A DNA stretch of 52,324 bases, taken from an uncultured bacterium (GTDB lineage Bacteria > B130-G9). Positions 34,817 to 45,000 of this stretch are shown here, one piece after another. The notes under the pieces were generated by a model. It had not been told where the DNA came from, did not search any database, and was given only the letters and a program-made list of their open reading frames with translations. The stretch spans positions 1-52,324 of the forward strand of contig CAYZPW010000009.1 of assembly GCA_964480475.1 (NCBI GenBank), written 5' to 3'. Position numbers and translations under genes: made by a program. Each line of letters opens with the position of its first letter. Position 1 is the stretch's first letter.

Positions 34817-35293
34817 AGAGCTATGGCTTGAACAGGCACGCCAAAGAGCGCGGCCGCTGTAAGACGGACGCGAACGTTGAGCGGGGGGTTGCCCACAACT
34901 ACTGGCTGGTTGACATCGACACGAGCGGCAACTGGACTGCCCACGCACCGGTTCAAACACGGTTCTCCCTGAGCACCAGCCCCCTCTCAGAGTGCGGCGG
35001 AGAAAGAGATCGAGGGGCGCAGAATGTCATCTCCCCGGATTAGTGTTCCCCGGTAGCAATCATCCCGGCTTGTCGAATTGCATGATCCAGAGTCTCAGAA
35101 GTTCCGAAATGCAGCCCCCCACTGTGCCCGCACGATATGCATCCCTATGCACTTATTATGGTGTTCACACAATCACACCAAAGAACAAATCAGCACTAGA
35201 TGGGGCAGTTGTGGAATCCGCAATCATCAAGGACCACTCGCCATTCCCAAGACCGACAATCCACACAACGGCGGCTAAACGGCTGGTGTGAAG

Positions 35294-35369
35294 TGGTCGG
35301 GGCGGGCGGATTTGAACCGCCGACCCCCGGTTCCCAAAACCGGTGCGCTACCGGGCTGCGCTACGCCCC
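35294..35369 (-). tRNA. tRNA-Pro (anticodon UGG), including the encoded CCA
   Basis: The reverse complement GGGGCGTAGCGCAGCCCGGTAGCGCACCGGTTTTGGGAACCGGGGGTCGGCGGTTCAAATCCGCCCGCCCCGACCA folds as a cloverleaf. The anticodon loop is TTTGGGA and the T-loop TTCAAAT. Confidence 0.85.
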
Positions 35370-35409
35370 GGAAAGAGTGGAGAAAGCCCGCCAGGTCAAG
35401 CGACCTGTG

Positions 35410-36315
35410 TCAGAAGGTGTAAGCCATGGAAAGGACTACGCCGGTTAGCTTGTCGTCGAAGACCGGGGCCTTCTTTGCCTTCTCTTCATCTGCCTTCGTC
35501 CTCTGAAGCCACCAGCCGACCTTGAACTCGAGCGGCGCCTCTTTGCAGACGTAGGCAAGTCCTAGCTCGGTCTTGAAGCTCTTGAGCCTTCCAGAAAAGC
35601 AGAATGAGTCGTCATTATCCTCAACGCCCGGGGTCTCATAGCGAAATCGCGACTCGCTTGCGTATTTGATATTCATGTTGGGCAACATCATACCAGTGGC
35701 CCACGCGTAGAACCCGGAGTACGATGGTGACTGAAGCGCAAGCCCATACAGGAACCCGTGCATGCGGTTCCTTTCTTCGTGCCTCATATCGTATTCGTGC
35801 ACTCCCACGGGAACATCAAAGTCTCCGTCGTATTCCGTCCAAATCCCATGGCCTCGACGATCAAAATTGTAATACTTCTGCCACTTATAGCCAAAAAGCA
35901 GAGAGGCGTATCTGAAGTAGGGAGTCAGGCGCAAAACGACTTCAACGTCCTCTCGTTTGACCTCAATTGTTCCGTTTTCGTCAGTCTCGTACCAGCCTTC
36001 GTACCTGCTGTTTCTTAAGCGATAGTCGCCGTCGAACTTGCCGACTAGGTATTGGGCCCCGATGCCGATATGGTCCTTGGCGAACGATGCCTCCACAAAT
36101 GGGCCGAATGGGCCAACTTCGGAGCTCATGTCGTATTTGCCTGTGATGTTTTTGTGCCACACCTCGCTGTTCTCGAAGCTCCAACTCCCATAAAAGCCCT
36201 TCAGCCCTACCTTGAACTTGATGGCTTTTTCGGCCTCTTCTTCTTGGGCCAGTGCAACGACTGTGAACAGGGCGGTAACCAACAACAGAACAATTGCGAT
36301 CGAAATGCGCTTCAT
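35410..36315 (-). CDS. Outer-membrane beta-barrel protein (porin-like)
   Basis: Signal peptide. Composition rich in alternating aromatic and glycine residues. C-terminal ...LSMAYTF ends in a terminal Phe. Confidence 0.5.
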   Translation of the reverse strand: MKRISIAIVLLLVTALFTVVALAQEEEAEKAIKFKVGLKGFYGSWSFENSEVWHKNITGKYDMSSEVGPFGPFVEASFAKDHIGIGAQYLVGKFDGDYRLRNSRYEGWYETDENGTIEVKREDVEVVLRLTPYFRYASLLFGYKWQKYYNFDRRGHGIWTEYDGDFDVPVGVHEYDMRHEERNRMHGFLYGLALQSPSYSGFYAWATGMMLPNMNIKYASESRFRYETPGVEDNDDSFCFSGRLKSFKTELGLAYVCKEAPLEFKVGWWLQRTKADEEKAKKAPVFDDKLTGVVLSMAYTF

Positions 36316-36510
36316 GCCTATCTCCTCTCAAAAAATGCGATTAAGGGTCTTTACAATTGTGCGTCAAGATACTGGTCGGCATTGATCGAGTCAAGGGTTT
36401 TGAGGAGAGTGGTTTCCCCAACGGGGAAACTCCTCACTCGGCGCACTTGACTTTGAGCTGCCGCAATTGCATTCTGTTTGACCGATTGATAGATTCGTTC
36501 TGGCCGGTGC

Positions 36511-36711
36511 GTGGCCGATTTCAGGGGCTCTGAGATGTATCTTTACATTGCTGGCATTGCTGTTGGGCTTGTGGGTCTGTTTTGGGGCTTTTACGCTTCT
36601 CAGGTCAAGGCTTTTCCGACCAACGTTGTGGGCGGAATCGTGTCAATTGGCTGTCTCTTGCTGACAATTGTGAGCGTAGTGCTGCTTTGCGTGCCGGGCT
36701 TTTTTGATTAG
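36511..36711 (+). CDS. Small two-helix membrane protein
   Basis: 66 aa with two hydrophobic helices. Its stop overlaps the start region of the next gene. Confidence 0.3.
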   Translation: MADFRGSEMYLYIAGIAVGLVGLFWGFYASQVKAFPTNVVGGIVSIGCLLLTIVSVVLLCVPGFFD

Positions 36712-36723
36712 GAGACAGGTTGT

Positions 36724-37542
36724 ATGGCTAGATGCGTCATCTGCGAACAGCGAAAAGGCAAGAGGCATTGCCCGCTCAAGAACGCAATGATCTGCTCACA
36801 GTGCTGCGGGTTGCTGCAAACTGAGGGCAACTGCCCGGGCGATTGCCCGTTCCTGAAGGAGAGCAAGCTTTTCGCGTCGGAGAAGCAGGAAGAGAGGGAA
36901 AACCAGCTCGGCGAGCGGTTCAAGCGTGATTTCGACGCCGAGAATGAGGAGGTCATGCAGACCTTCAACGCTGTCGCCACACCATTGAATGACTTGTTCG
37001 TCGCAGCTGCGGAGGAGGACGAATATCTCGTGGACAAGGACCTGGTCGAGGCGCTGGATGACTTGATAAAGGACACGAAGGAGGGCGTTGGCCAGGTTGT
37101 TAGTCCTGAGGATGTGAAGCTTAACCGAGCGGGCAATCTCGTGCCGCGGATGAAGGAGGCGCTTGAATCGTTCGATGCTGAGCCGCCGGTGCCGGACTAC
37201 TTGATTGTGCCGTGCCTGGAGATACTCAGGGGCCTTGTATCGCTTTCAACGAAGGAGGACGAGCCAAAAGCGTACCTTGACCAGCTGCTCAAGCAGAAGG
37301 AGGAAGAAGGGGCCGAGGAGGAAGAGGCAGTTGCGCCGGCCGGCGAGCCAGTGTTGGTTGACATAGACGCAGCCCAGGCCGAACTACCTCTAGAGGGTCC
37401 GGAGGAGCCCGAGCAACCCTCGGTTGCGGACCTGTTTGAGGAGGCGCCGGAGACGCCAACCGCAGGTGACCTGCTTGAGGAGGCGCCAACCACAGCTGAC
37501 CTGTTTGAGGTGGCGCCGGACGAATCAGACGAGAAGGAATAG
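36724..37542 (+). CDS. Cys-rich (probable zinc-finger) protein with an acidic C-terminus bearing DLFEEAP repeats
   Basis: MARCVICEQRKGKRHCPLKNAMICSQCCGLLQTEGNCPGDCPF at the N-terminus. The C-terminus reads ...DLFEEAPETPTAGDLLEEAPTTADLFEVAP.... Confidence 0.4.
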   Translation: MARCVICEQRKGKRHCPLKNAMICSQCCGLLQTEGNCPGDCPFLKESKLFASEKQEERENQLGERFKRDFDAENEEVMQTFNAVATPLNDLFVAAAEEDEYLVDKDLVEALDDLIKDTKEGVGQVVSPEDVKLNRAGNLVPRMKEALESFDAEPPVPDYLIVPCLEILRGLVSLSTKEDEPKAYLDQLLKQKEEEGAEEEEAVAPAGEPVLVDIDAAQAELPLEGPEEPEQPSVADLFEEAPETPTAGDLLEEAPTTADLFEVAPDESDEKE

Positions 37543-37655
37543 TGCATGCAACGTTTAGTATGTTGGGCGGCCATTCGCCGAACGCCGCGAGTTCCGAAAG
37601 AACGGCGAGCAGCGCCACACTAATAAACCATTCTTAAGGATCAAGAGGTAGGACG

Positions 37656-38660
37656 ATGTCTTTGAGAGTAGCAATTAACGGTTTTGGAAGGATTGGCAGG
37701 CTCTACTTCCGGGCGGCCTATAAGAGCCCCGAGCTGGAGTTTGTGCAGATCAACGATCTAACAGATTCGAAGACGCTTGCCCATCTTCTGAAGTGGGATT
37801 CGGCGCACGGCCCATTCCCGGGCGATGTCTCCTATGGCAAGGATTCGATCATGATCGGGAATAGGAAGATCAAGGTCTCGGCCGAGCGGGACCCGGCCAA
37901 TCTGCCGTGGGCGGATGAGAGAGTCGATATCGTCGTTGAATCGACTGGCATCTTCAAAGACAGGGCGGGGGCGACCAAACACCTCGACGCAGGTGCCAAG
38001 AAGGTCATCATCAGCGCGCCGGCCAAGGAGCCTGACGTTACGATCGTCATAGGCGTGAACCACAAAGATTACGACCCACAGCGGCACAACATAATCTCCT
38101 GCGCCTCGTGCACGACCAACTGCCTTGCGCCCATCGCCAAGGTGCTGCTTCAGACTTACGGCATCGAATACGGTTACATGACGACCATCCACTCGTACAC
38201 AAACGACCAGCGGACGCTCGATTTTCCGCACTCCGACTTGAGGCGGGCAAGGACTGCGGCTGTCTCGATGATCCCGACGACGACAGGCGCCGCGAAGGCC
38301 ACGGCGCTCGTTATACCGGAGCTTCAAGGCAAGATAGACGGTATGTCGATTCGTGTGCCGACGCCGAACGTGTCGCTCGTAGATTTCTCGTGCGTAGTCG
38401 AGCAGGAGACGAACAAGGATGACGTCAACAAGGCTCTGGAGAACGCGGCCCAGAACGAACTGAAGGGCATACTGGACGTCTGCGACCTGCCCTTGGTCTC
38501 TATTGACTTCAACGGCAACCCATTCTCCTCGATCGTCGACGCGCTAAGCACTGCCGTCGTTAAGGGCAAGCTCGTCAAGGTCATAGCGTGGTATGACAAC
38601 GAATGGGGCTACTCCAACCGCCTGGTCGATATGACCAAGCTGGTGGGTGAGGCGCTGTGA
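37656..38660 (+). CDS. gap: Glyceraldehyde-3-phosphate dehydrogenase
   Basis: INGFGRIGR near the N-terminus. The active-site block reads SCTTNCLAP. Confidence 0.95.
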   Translation: MSLRVAINGFGRIGRLYFRAAYKSPELEFVQINDLTDSKTLAHLLKWDSAHGPFPGDVSYGKDSIMIGNRKIKVSAERDPANLPWADERVDIVVESTGIFKDRAGATKHLDAGAKKVIISAPAKEPDVTIVIGVNHKDYDPQRHNIISCASCTTNCLAPIAKVLLQTYGIEYGYMTTIHSYTNDQRTLDFPHSDLRRARTAAVSMIPTTTGAAKATALVIPELQGKIDGMSIRVPTPNVSLVDFSCVVEQETNKDDVNKALENAAQNELKGILDVCDLPLVSIDFNGNPFSSIVDALSTAVVKGKLVKVIAWYDNEWGYSNRLVDMTKLVGEAL

Positions 38661-38661
38661 G

Positions 38662-39861
38662 ATGATCGCGGGACTGGGCAAAAAAACCGTCTCTGACGTC
38701 GAGATTTCCGGGAAGAAGGTCTTTCTGCGGGTCGATTTCAACGTGCCGATTGACTCGGGCGGTAATATCCTAGACGACACGCGCATCGTCGCTCATCTTG
38801 AGACCATCAATTACATACTATCGAAGGGCGCGAAGCTGGTCGTAGCCTCCCACTTCGCAAGGCCCAAGGGCAAGGTCGTCCCGTCGATGAGCCTCGCACC
38901 AGTCGCCAAGCGGCTCAATGAGCTGCTCAAAGGCAAGGTGAAGTTCGTCAATGACTGCGTTGGCCCGGAAGTCGAGAGCGCAGTTGCGCAGCTTAAAGAG
39001 GGCGAGCTTCTCCTGCTCGAAAACACGAGGTTCAAGCCCGGAGAGACGGAAAACGATCCCGAACTCGCCAAGCAGCTCGCGATGCTCTGCGACGTTTATA
39101 TTGACGATGCTTTCTCCGCGGCCCATCGCGCACACGCATCCGTGGCCGAAATCGCCAAGTACGTGCCGACCGCCGCGCAGGGCTTCTTGATGGAGAAGGA
39201 GATATTCTACCTCGGCAGACTTATTGAGGCGCCTCAGCAGCCGTTCGTGGTCGTGTTGGGCGGCGCAAAAGTCAAGGAGAAGATTGGCTTGATCGAGAGC
39301 CTTGTCGGCAAGGTTGACTCGATGCTGATCGGCGGCGGGATGTGTTTCACGTTCCTCAAGGCAAAAGGCCTTTCGATCGGCGAGTCGCTGCTTGACGAGG
39401 AACGTCTGGAGAGCGTGGCCAACGTGCTTGATGAGGCAGAGTCAATGGGAACCAGCATTCTCCTTCCGGTCGACGTGGTCGTGGCAGATGAGGTTACCGA
39501 TGACGCCGAAACAACCATAGTCCCAGTGGATAAGATTCCGGATGGCCAGATGGGACTTGACATCGGGCCGGAAACCACCAAGCTCTTCGCGTCCGTGATT
39601 GAGACTGCCGGGACTGTCTTTTGGAACGGCCCGATGGGTGTCTTCGAGAAACCGGCGTTTGCAGCCGGCACAATGGGAATCGCCAAGGCGGTTGCGGCGG
39701 TCAGCGCGATAACTGCCATAGGCGGCGGCGAGACGGTGTCGGCGGTGAAGATGGCCGGCGTTGCTGACTCCATTACTCATGTTTCGACTGGTGGAGGCGC
39801 CTCGCTTGAGTTCCTTGCTGGCAAGACGCTCCCAGGCATCGCGGCGCTAGACGACTTGTAG
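38662..39861 (+). CDS. pgk: Phosphoglycerate kinase
   Basis: KKVFLRVDFNVP. The start is taken at MIAGLGKKT, immediately after the gap stop codon. Confidence 0.95.
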   Translation: MIAGLGKKTVSDVEISGKKVFLRVDFNVPIDSGGNILDDTRIVAHLETINYILSKGAKLVVASHFARPKGKVVPSMSLAPVAKRLNELLKGKVKFVNDCVGPEVESAVAQLKEGELLLLENTRFKPGETENDPELAKQLAMLCDVYIDDAFSAAHRAHASVAEIAKYVPTAAQGFLMEKEIFYLGRLIEAPQQPFVVVLGGAKVKEKIGLIESLVGKVDSMLIGGGMCFTFLKAKGLSIGESLLDEERLESVANVLDEAESMGTSILLPVDVVVADEVTDDAETTIVPVDKIPDGQMGLDIGPETTKLFASVIETAGTVFWNGPMGVFEKPAFAAGTMGIAKAVAAVSAITAIGGGETVSAVKMAGVADSITHVSTGGGASLEFLAGKTLPGIAALDDL

Positions 39862-39873
39862 GGATTTACGAGG

Positions 39874-40650
39874 ATGACGAAGAACAGAAGGCCGCTCATA
39901 GCCGGCAACTGGAAGATGCACAAGACGATCATGGAATCGCTCGAACTAGTGGACGGGATCGTCAAAAAAATCACTGACCTGGGCGTCGCCGACGTTGATG
40001 TTCTGGTCTGCCCACCGTTCACGGCTCTTGAGAGCGTGTCAAACCGGCTTTCGCAGACGCGTGTTGCTCTGGGCGGCCAGAACTGCGCCCTTTTGAAGGA
40101 AGGCGCACGCACGGGTGAGGTCTCGCCACTGATGCTGCTCGACGTTGGCTGCGAGTTCGTTATCCTCGGACACTCGGAGCGACGGGCCCATTTCCACGAG
40201 ACGGACGAGGTTGTCAACGGCAAGGTCAAGCTCGCGCTCGAGTGCGGTCTTCTCCCGATCGTCTGCGTCGGCGAGACGCTTGACGAGCGGGAACAAGGCA
40301 AGACTTTCGAGGTGCTTAGGACGCAGGTTCAGGGGTGCCTGCACGGGCTCTCGGCCGAGCAGATCGCCAAGCTTACGTTAGCGTACGAGCCGGTCTGGGC
40401 AATTGGCACAGGGCGCACCGCGACTCCTGAAACCGCACAAGAGGCTCATCGGTTTATAAGAGGGCTGCTTGCCTCGCTCGCCAACGACGAGGTGGCGGAC
40501 ACGGTGCGGATACTGTATGGTGGCAGCGTCAAGCCGGAGAATGCGGCCGCTCTGCTGGCTCAGCCCGACCTAGATGGGGCGTTGGTCGGCGGCGCGAGCC
40601 TCGAGGCAGATGCTTTTTGTGATATTATCATCAGGGCGAGAAAGATATAG
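39874..40650 (+). CDS. tpiA: Triosephosphate isomerase
   Basis: IAGNWKMHKT near the N-terminus. The protein has the TIM-barrel signature sequence. Confidence 0.95.
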   Translation: MTKNRRPLIAGNWKMHKTIMESLELVDGIVKKITDLGVADVDVLVCPPFTALESVSNRLSQTRVALGGQNCALLKEGARTGEVSPLMLLDVGCEFVILGHSERRAHFHETDEVVNGKVKLALECGLLPIVCVGETLDEREQGKTFEVLRTQVQGCLHGLSAEQIAKLTLAYEPVWAIGTGRTATPETAQEAHRFIRGLLASLANDEVADTVRILYGGSVKPENAAALLAQPDLDGALVGGASLEADAFCDIIIRARKI

Positions 40651-40653
40651 ACA

Positions 40654-41043
40654 ATGTTGGCAGTGCTCGTTGTTATCCACGTTTTGCTGTGTATCGCCCT
40701 TGTGGCTATCATCCTGCTTCAGGGCGGGAAGGGCGCCGATTTGGCAAGCGTTTTTGGCGGGGGCACTTCCGGGACAGCATTCGGCGTAACGGGCGCCGCG
40801 CCATTCATCGCCAAAGCGACCACGAGTGTTGCTGTCGGGTTCCTGGTGATGTGTGTTATTCTCTCGTATTTCTACACCCCGAGTGGCTCGCGTTCGGTGA
40901 TACAGAAGCAAGGCGCAGCTCAAGAGAGCTCGCAGACGGCGCCGAGCTCTTTGGAAGAGGAACCAGCTGCGGCAGCTTCGGTCGGCACCGTCGGGACCGG
41001 GGCGACCGCGGGGCAGGTCGAGGACTTTCCAGCAACGCCGTAA
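40654..41043 (+). CDS. secG: Preprotein translocase subunit SecG
   Basis: The N-terminal transmembrane helix is followed by QGGKGADLASVFGGG. The gene sits in the conserved tpiA-secG-tRNA-Leu context. Confidence 0.85.
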   Translation: MLAVLVVIHVLLCIALVAIILLQGGKGADLASVFGGGTSGTAFGVTGAAPFIAKATTSVAVGFLVMCVILSYFYTPSGSRSVIQKQGAAQESSQTAPSSLEEEPAAAASVGTVGTGATAGQVEDFPATP

Positions 41044-41046
41044 CTG

Positions 41047-41177
41047 CCACGTGGGGCGGGCGTTCTAGCCTGCCGGTGTAGGGCGGGCTTTCCAGCCTGC
41101 CGGTGTAAGGCGGGCTTTCTAGCCTGCCGGTGTAAGGCGGGCTTTCTAGCCTGCCGGTGTAGGGTGGGCTTTCTAGC
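41047..41177. repeat. Non-coding tandem repeat of 27 bp in about 4.8 copies (unit TGCCGGTGTAAGGCGGGCTTTCTAGCC)
   Basis: Read directly from the sequence. The 12-mer TTCTAGCCTGCC also occurs at 106-117 next to the solo palindromic repeat. Confidence 0.8.
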
Positions 41178-41320
41178 CTGGCAAACATGTGCCTCGGGGA
41201 TTTGAGGAGCGCGCACAGTGATCGGTAGCTGGATTAGTCTCCGCCCGCTGGAAAACCGGAGGCGCCGGGCACCGAGATTAGACAGACCGGCGGCTTGAGC
41301 TGCCGCGAAGAACTACAGAT

Positions 41321-41405
41321 GCCGAGATGGTGGAACTTGGTAGACACGCTGCCTTGAGGGGGCAGTGGGCGAGAGCCTGTGGGGGTTCGAGTCCCCCTCT
41401 CGGCA
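41321..41405 (+). tRNA. tRNA-Leu (anticodon GAG) with a long variable arm
   Basis: GCCGAGA acceptor stem. The anticodon stem-loop reads CTGCC-TTGAGGG-GGCAG. A long extra arm is present. The T-arm is GGGGGTTCGAGTCCCCC. Confidence 0.85.
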
Positions 41406-41513
41406 TTTCCTTTATAGGCGGCTTTCCGGCGATCTCACCCCTCAACATCTGTCAAAATCCCCTCTCTTGTCTAATAGGCTTTTTTACGGTCTTTTCATTT
41501 CTTGTGTGCACAG

Positions 41514-41658
41514 TTATGGGCACAAATAGGGCACACTTTGGGCACGGCGTTCCGGAACGCGCCATTGGTGCCTTCTTTTTGCGGGTGCAAAATGCAATCT
41601 CCGGATCAGAAGCACTGCGGCTTGTATCACGACGATTATGGGCACAAATAGGGCACAC
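41514..41658. repeat. Two direct copies of TTATGGGCACAAATAGGGCACAC (41514-41536 and 41636-41658) spaced 122 bp apart, downstream of tRNA-Leu
   Basis: Read directly from the sequence. The unit contains the internal repeat GGGCACA. Confidence 0.4.
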
Positions 41659-42055
41659 GGGCAGTTTCACAGTTCCCCTGAGTCGGTCGATGAGACCCAC
41701 AGCGGCCAGAATAATTCCCTGACGGCGTTCCTGGGACTGGGGACTATGTGAGTAGTGTCAGACGGGGGGCACAACGTCTCTACGGGCGTCTGGCGGAATC
41801 GGGACTGTTTATTGCCAGGTGCCAGAAATGGTTCTGTAGCTGGGGATTGGATCTAGGATGTGTCGCCCGTTAGATCAGGCAATGCTCCGATGCGGGGGCT
41901 TCGTATCCGGCTGCTCTCCTATTCTACTCTGATGCTTGAGGCTCAAATTCTCAAAGGCAGCTTGTGTGGTGCGACTCATCTGCTCAGATTCATTCTCTTC
42001 CGCTAGATGCCGTAACGCCCCGGCGAATCCTATCGTCCCGTTCTGCCCTCGATCG

Positions 42056-45000
42056 TCATAGCCCTATCTCCATCGTGGTGGCATCAGGTTCCTTCCGAGC
42101 CTCTTCAGCACGGACTTGGTCATATACCTGCTTCAGAAGAGACCGCCTGACTTCGTCCTGAAAGTCCTTCTCATTCATGAACTTGGCGGTCATCTCCTCG
42201 TTCTGCTCCATGCGCTCGATGAAAAGCCCTTCGAGCGCCTTTGAGAAGACCCAGTTGAAGTTCTCCATCGTGTTTGCTAGAGCGGCCTGACGAAGTGCAG
42301 CATCGGCCAGCGCATCCTCTCGAATGGAGTCGAAGAACAATTGGTCTCCGAGCTTGAATTCGGTCCCGAATCTCTCGTTCAGTATGTCGATGAGCAGCGA
42401 AAGCTGGACGGTTTCATCGTGAGTCGTCCCGGTGCCGACCGAGGTGGGCCCGGAGACCTCGCCGCCCGTGCCCTTCTCCAGCCGGATGGAGCCCTCGCCG
42501 ATCTTCTGGAGCCGGTAGTATTTCAGGGCCACCTCGTCGTCGAAATCATAGGGAGGCCCGATGTCTCTCCTGGGTAACTTTGTGAGCAGGAGGCGTATAT
42601 AAGAGTAGAGCTTCTCGAGATCCGAATCCGTGAACGGGATCACCTGGGAAAGGAAGGCGTAGAGGTTACGATAAGCGACCAGGACCTTCCGAAATTCGTC
42701 GCGAGTTTCGGCATCGAGCTGGTTGTAACGGGCCACCGCCGGGTCTATGCAGGCATTCATTTTCGCGTGGTCGCCCTGAGTGTGGCGCCGCCTGGGCTTG
42801 TAGAATACTCTGCAGAACTCCTCGACCTCCGGCCTGTAATAAACCTGCTGAGCATCAAGGCGCGCCTGCAGTTCATAGAGCTGTTTCGCCTCGGCGCGCT
42901 CACCAACCAGGGTCTGCTCATAATATGGCTGAAAGGCGTCGAGGATCTCCTCGGGCTCGTTGACGAAATCAAGGATGAAGGTGTCCTCTTTGCCGGTGTG
43001 GGTCCTGTTGAGACGGCTGAGGGCCTGCACGGCCTGCAGCCCGGCGAGCCGTTTGTCCACATACATCGTGTGCAGCAGCGGCTGATCGAAGCCAGTCTGA
43101 TACTTCTCGGCGACGAGCAACACCTGATATTCATCCCTCGCGAACCGCGCGGGGAGTTCCTTCTCCCTAATCCCCTGATTCATCCTGACCTCGGTGTATT
43201 CAACATCGGGAATGTCAGGGTCGATGACCGTGCCGGAGAACGCCACGAGTGCCTTGATGCTGTAACCCCTCTTCGCAATGTACTTGTCGAAAGCCTGTTT
43301 GTACCGGACGGCGTGCAGCCGGCTTGCCGTCAGGACCATTGCTTTTGCCTTGCCGCCGATCCTATGACGTGTGAAGCGCTGGAAATGCTCAACCATGACC
43401 TCGGTTTTCTGCGCGATGTTATGCGGGTGAAGGCTCATAAAACGGGCAAGGGCGCGACCTGCCTTCTTCTTGTCCACATCCGGATCGTCCTCTATGGACT
43501 TCACGAGGCGATAGTAGGCTTTGTATGTAATGTAGTTCATTAGAACGTCGAGGATGAAGCCCTCCTCAATCGCCTGACGCATGCTGTAAAGATGAAATGG
43601 GCGGGGCTTGTCATCCGGTCCAAGCACCCCGAACACCTCGAGGGTCTTGTATTTGGGCGTAGCGGTGAAAGCGAAGAAGCTGATGTTGGGCTGTTTGCCC
43701 CGCTTGGCCATCGTGCGGAGGATCTCCTCCTCGTGGTCCGGCAGAACCTCATCAATCCCGCGTTCTTCGGCCTCCTCTCGCATCGCGGCTCCCGCAAGCA
43801 CGCCCTTCAGCTCCGTGGCCGATTGCCCGCCCTGGGAGCTGTGCGCCTCGTCAATGATCACCGCGTACTTGCGCTTCGGCAGGTCTCCTATTTTCTCCGT
43901 CACAAACGGGAACTTCTGGAGCGTCGTGATCACAATTGGTGAGGCCGAAGCGAGCGCGTCCGCAAGTTGGGTGGAGTTTATGTCTATCTTCTGAACGACG
44001 CCCTGTTTATGCTCGAACTGGTAGATCGTGTTCTGCAGCTGCTGATCGAGCACGAGCCGATCCGTCACGACGACAACGGAATCGAAGACCTTCTCATCCC
44101 TGTCGTCATAAAGGCTTGCCAGACGGTGCGCAAGCCACGCGATGGAGTTGGATTTGCCACTTCCCGCCGAGTGCTGCACCAGGTAGTTGGTGCCAGCTCC
44201 TTTGTCGTGCGCATCGCGCACAAGTTTGCGCACGCAGTCGAGTTGGTGATACCGTGGGAAGATCATCGTCTCCCTCTTGACCAACTTGCTTCCGAACCTT
44301 TTCTCCTCGACCTGGAGGTGGATGAAACGCGCGAGGATGTCGAGGAAGCTATCCCGGGCCAGAACCTCTTCCCAGAGATACGCTGTCTTGTGACCGCCAG
44401 GATTCGGGGGATTTCCCGCTCCAAATCCATCGCCACGGTTGAAAGGCAGGAAGAAGGCGCTCTTCCCGAGGCGAGTCGTCATGTGAACTTCATCAGGGTC
44501 CACGGCGAAATGAACGAGTGCCCGTCTCTTAAACTGAAAGATGAGGTCCCTGGAGTCACGGTCGTTGCGATACTGGCGGACTGCATCCTTCCAGGTCTGC
44601 CCCGTCATCGGGTTTTTCAGTTCGAGCGTCGCTACGGGTATGCCGTTCAAACTCAGAACAACATCGAGCGTGTTACCATGCTCTCTGCTGTATTTGACTT
44701 GCCGCGTCACGGTCAACCTGTTTGCGGCATATAGCTCCTGAGTATCCGGATTGAGCCCGCTGGCCGGCGCGAAGAAAGCGACGCGGAAGAGCTTGCCGAA
44801 ACACTTGAATCCGTGCCGCAGCACACTGAGGCACCCCTCGTGCTCCGAATTCAGCGCACGGCAGAGGTCTTCAATGAGCGTTACCCGCGCCTTGTCTTTG
44901 TGCAGGCTCTCAAGATAAGACCACTCCTCGGGCTGGGTCTTCCGGATGAAGGCGATTACATCATCGGGAAAGAGCGCCACGTCAGGATCAAAGGCACTTG

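Noticed and set aside
41047-41177. Whether the tandem repeat is a CRISPR array
   Set aside because: The units abut each other with no spacers, and there are no cas genes nearby.
40856-41216. Minus-strand ORFs with SPPYTGRLE and ARKPALHRQ peptide repeats
   Set aside because: They are generated by reading the 27-bp non-coding tandem repeat in frame, and they overlap the 3' end of secG.
41327-41722. ORF overlapping tRNA-Leu, and ORF 35200-35448 overlapping tRNA-Pro
   Set aside because: Both coincide with tRNA genes whose cloverleaf structure is clear.
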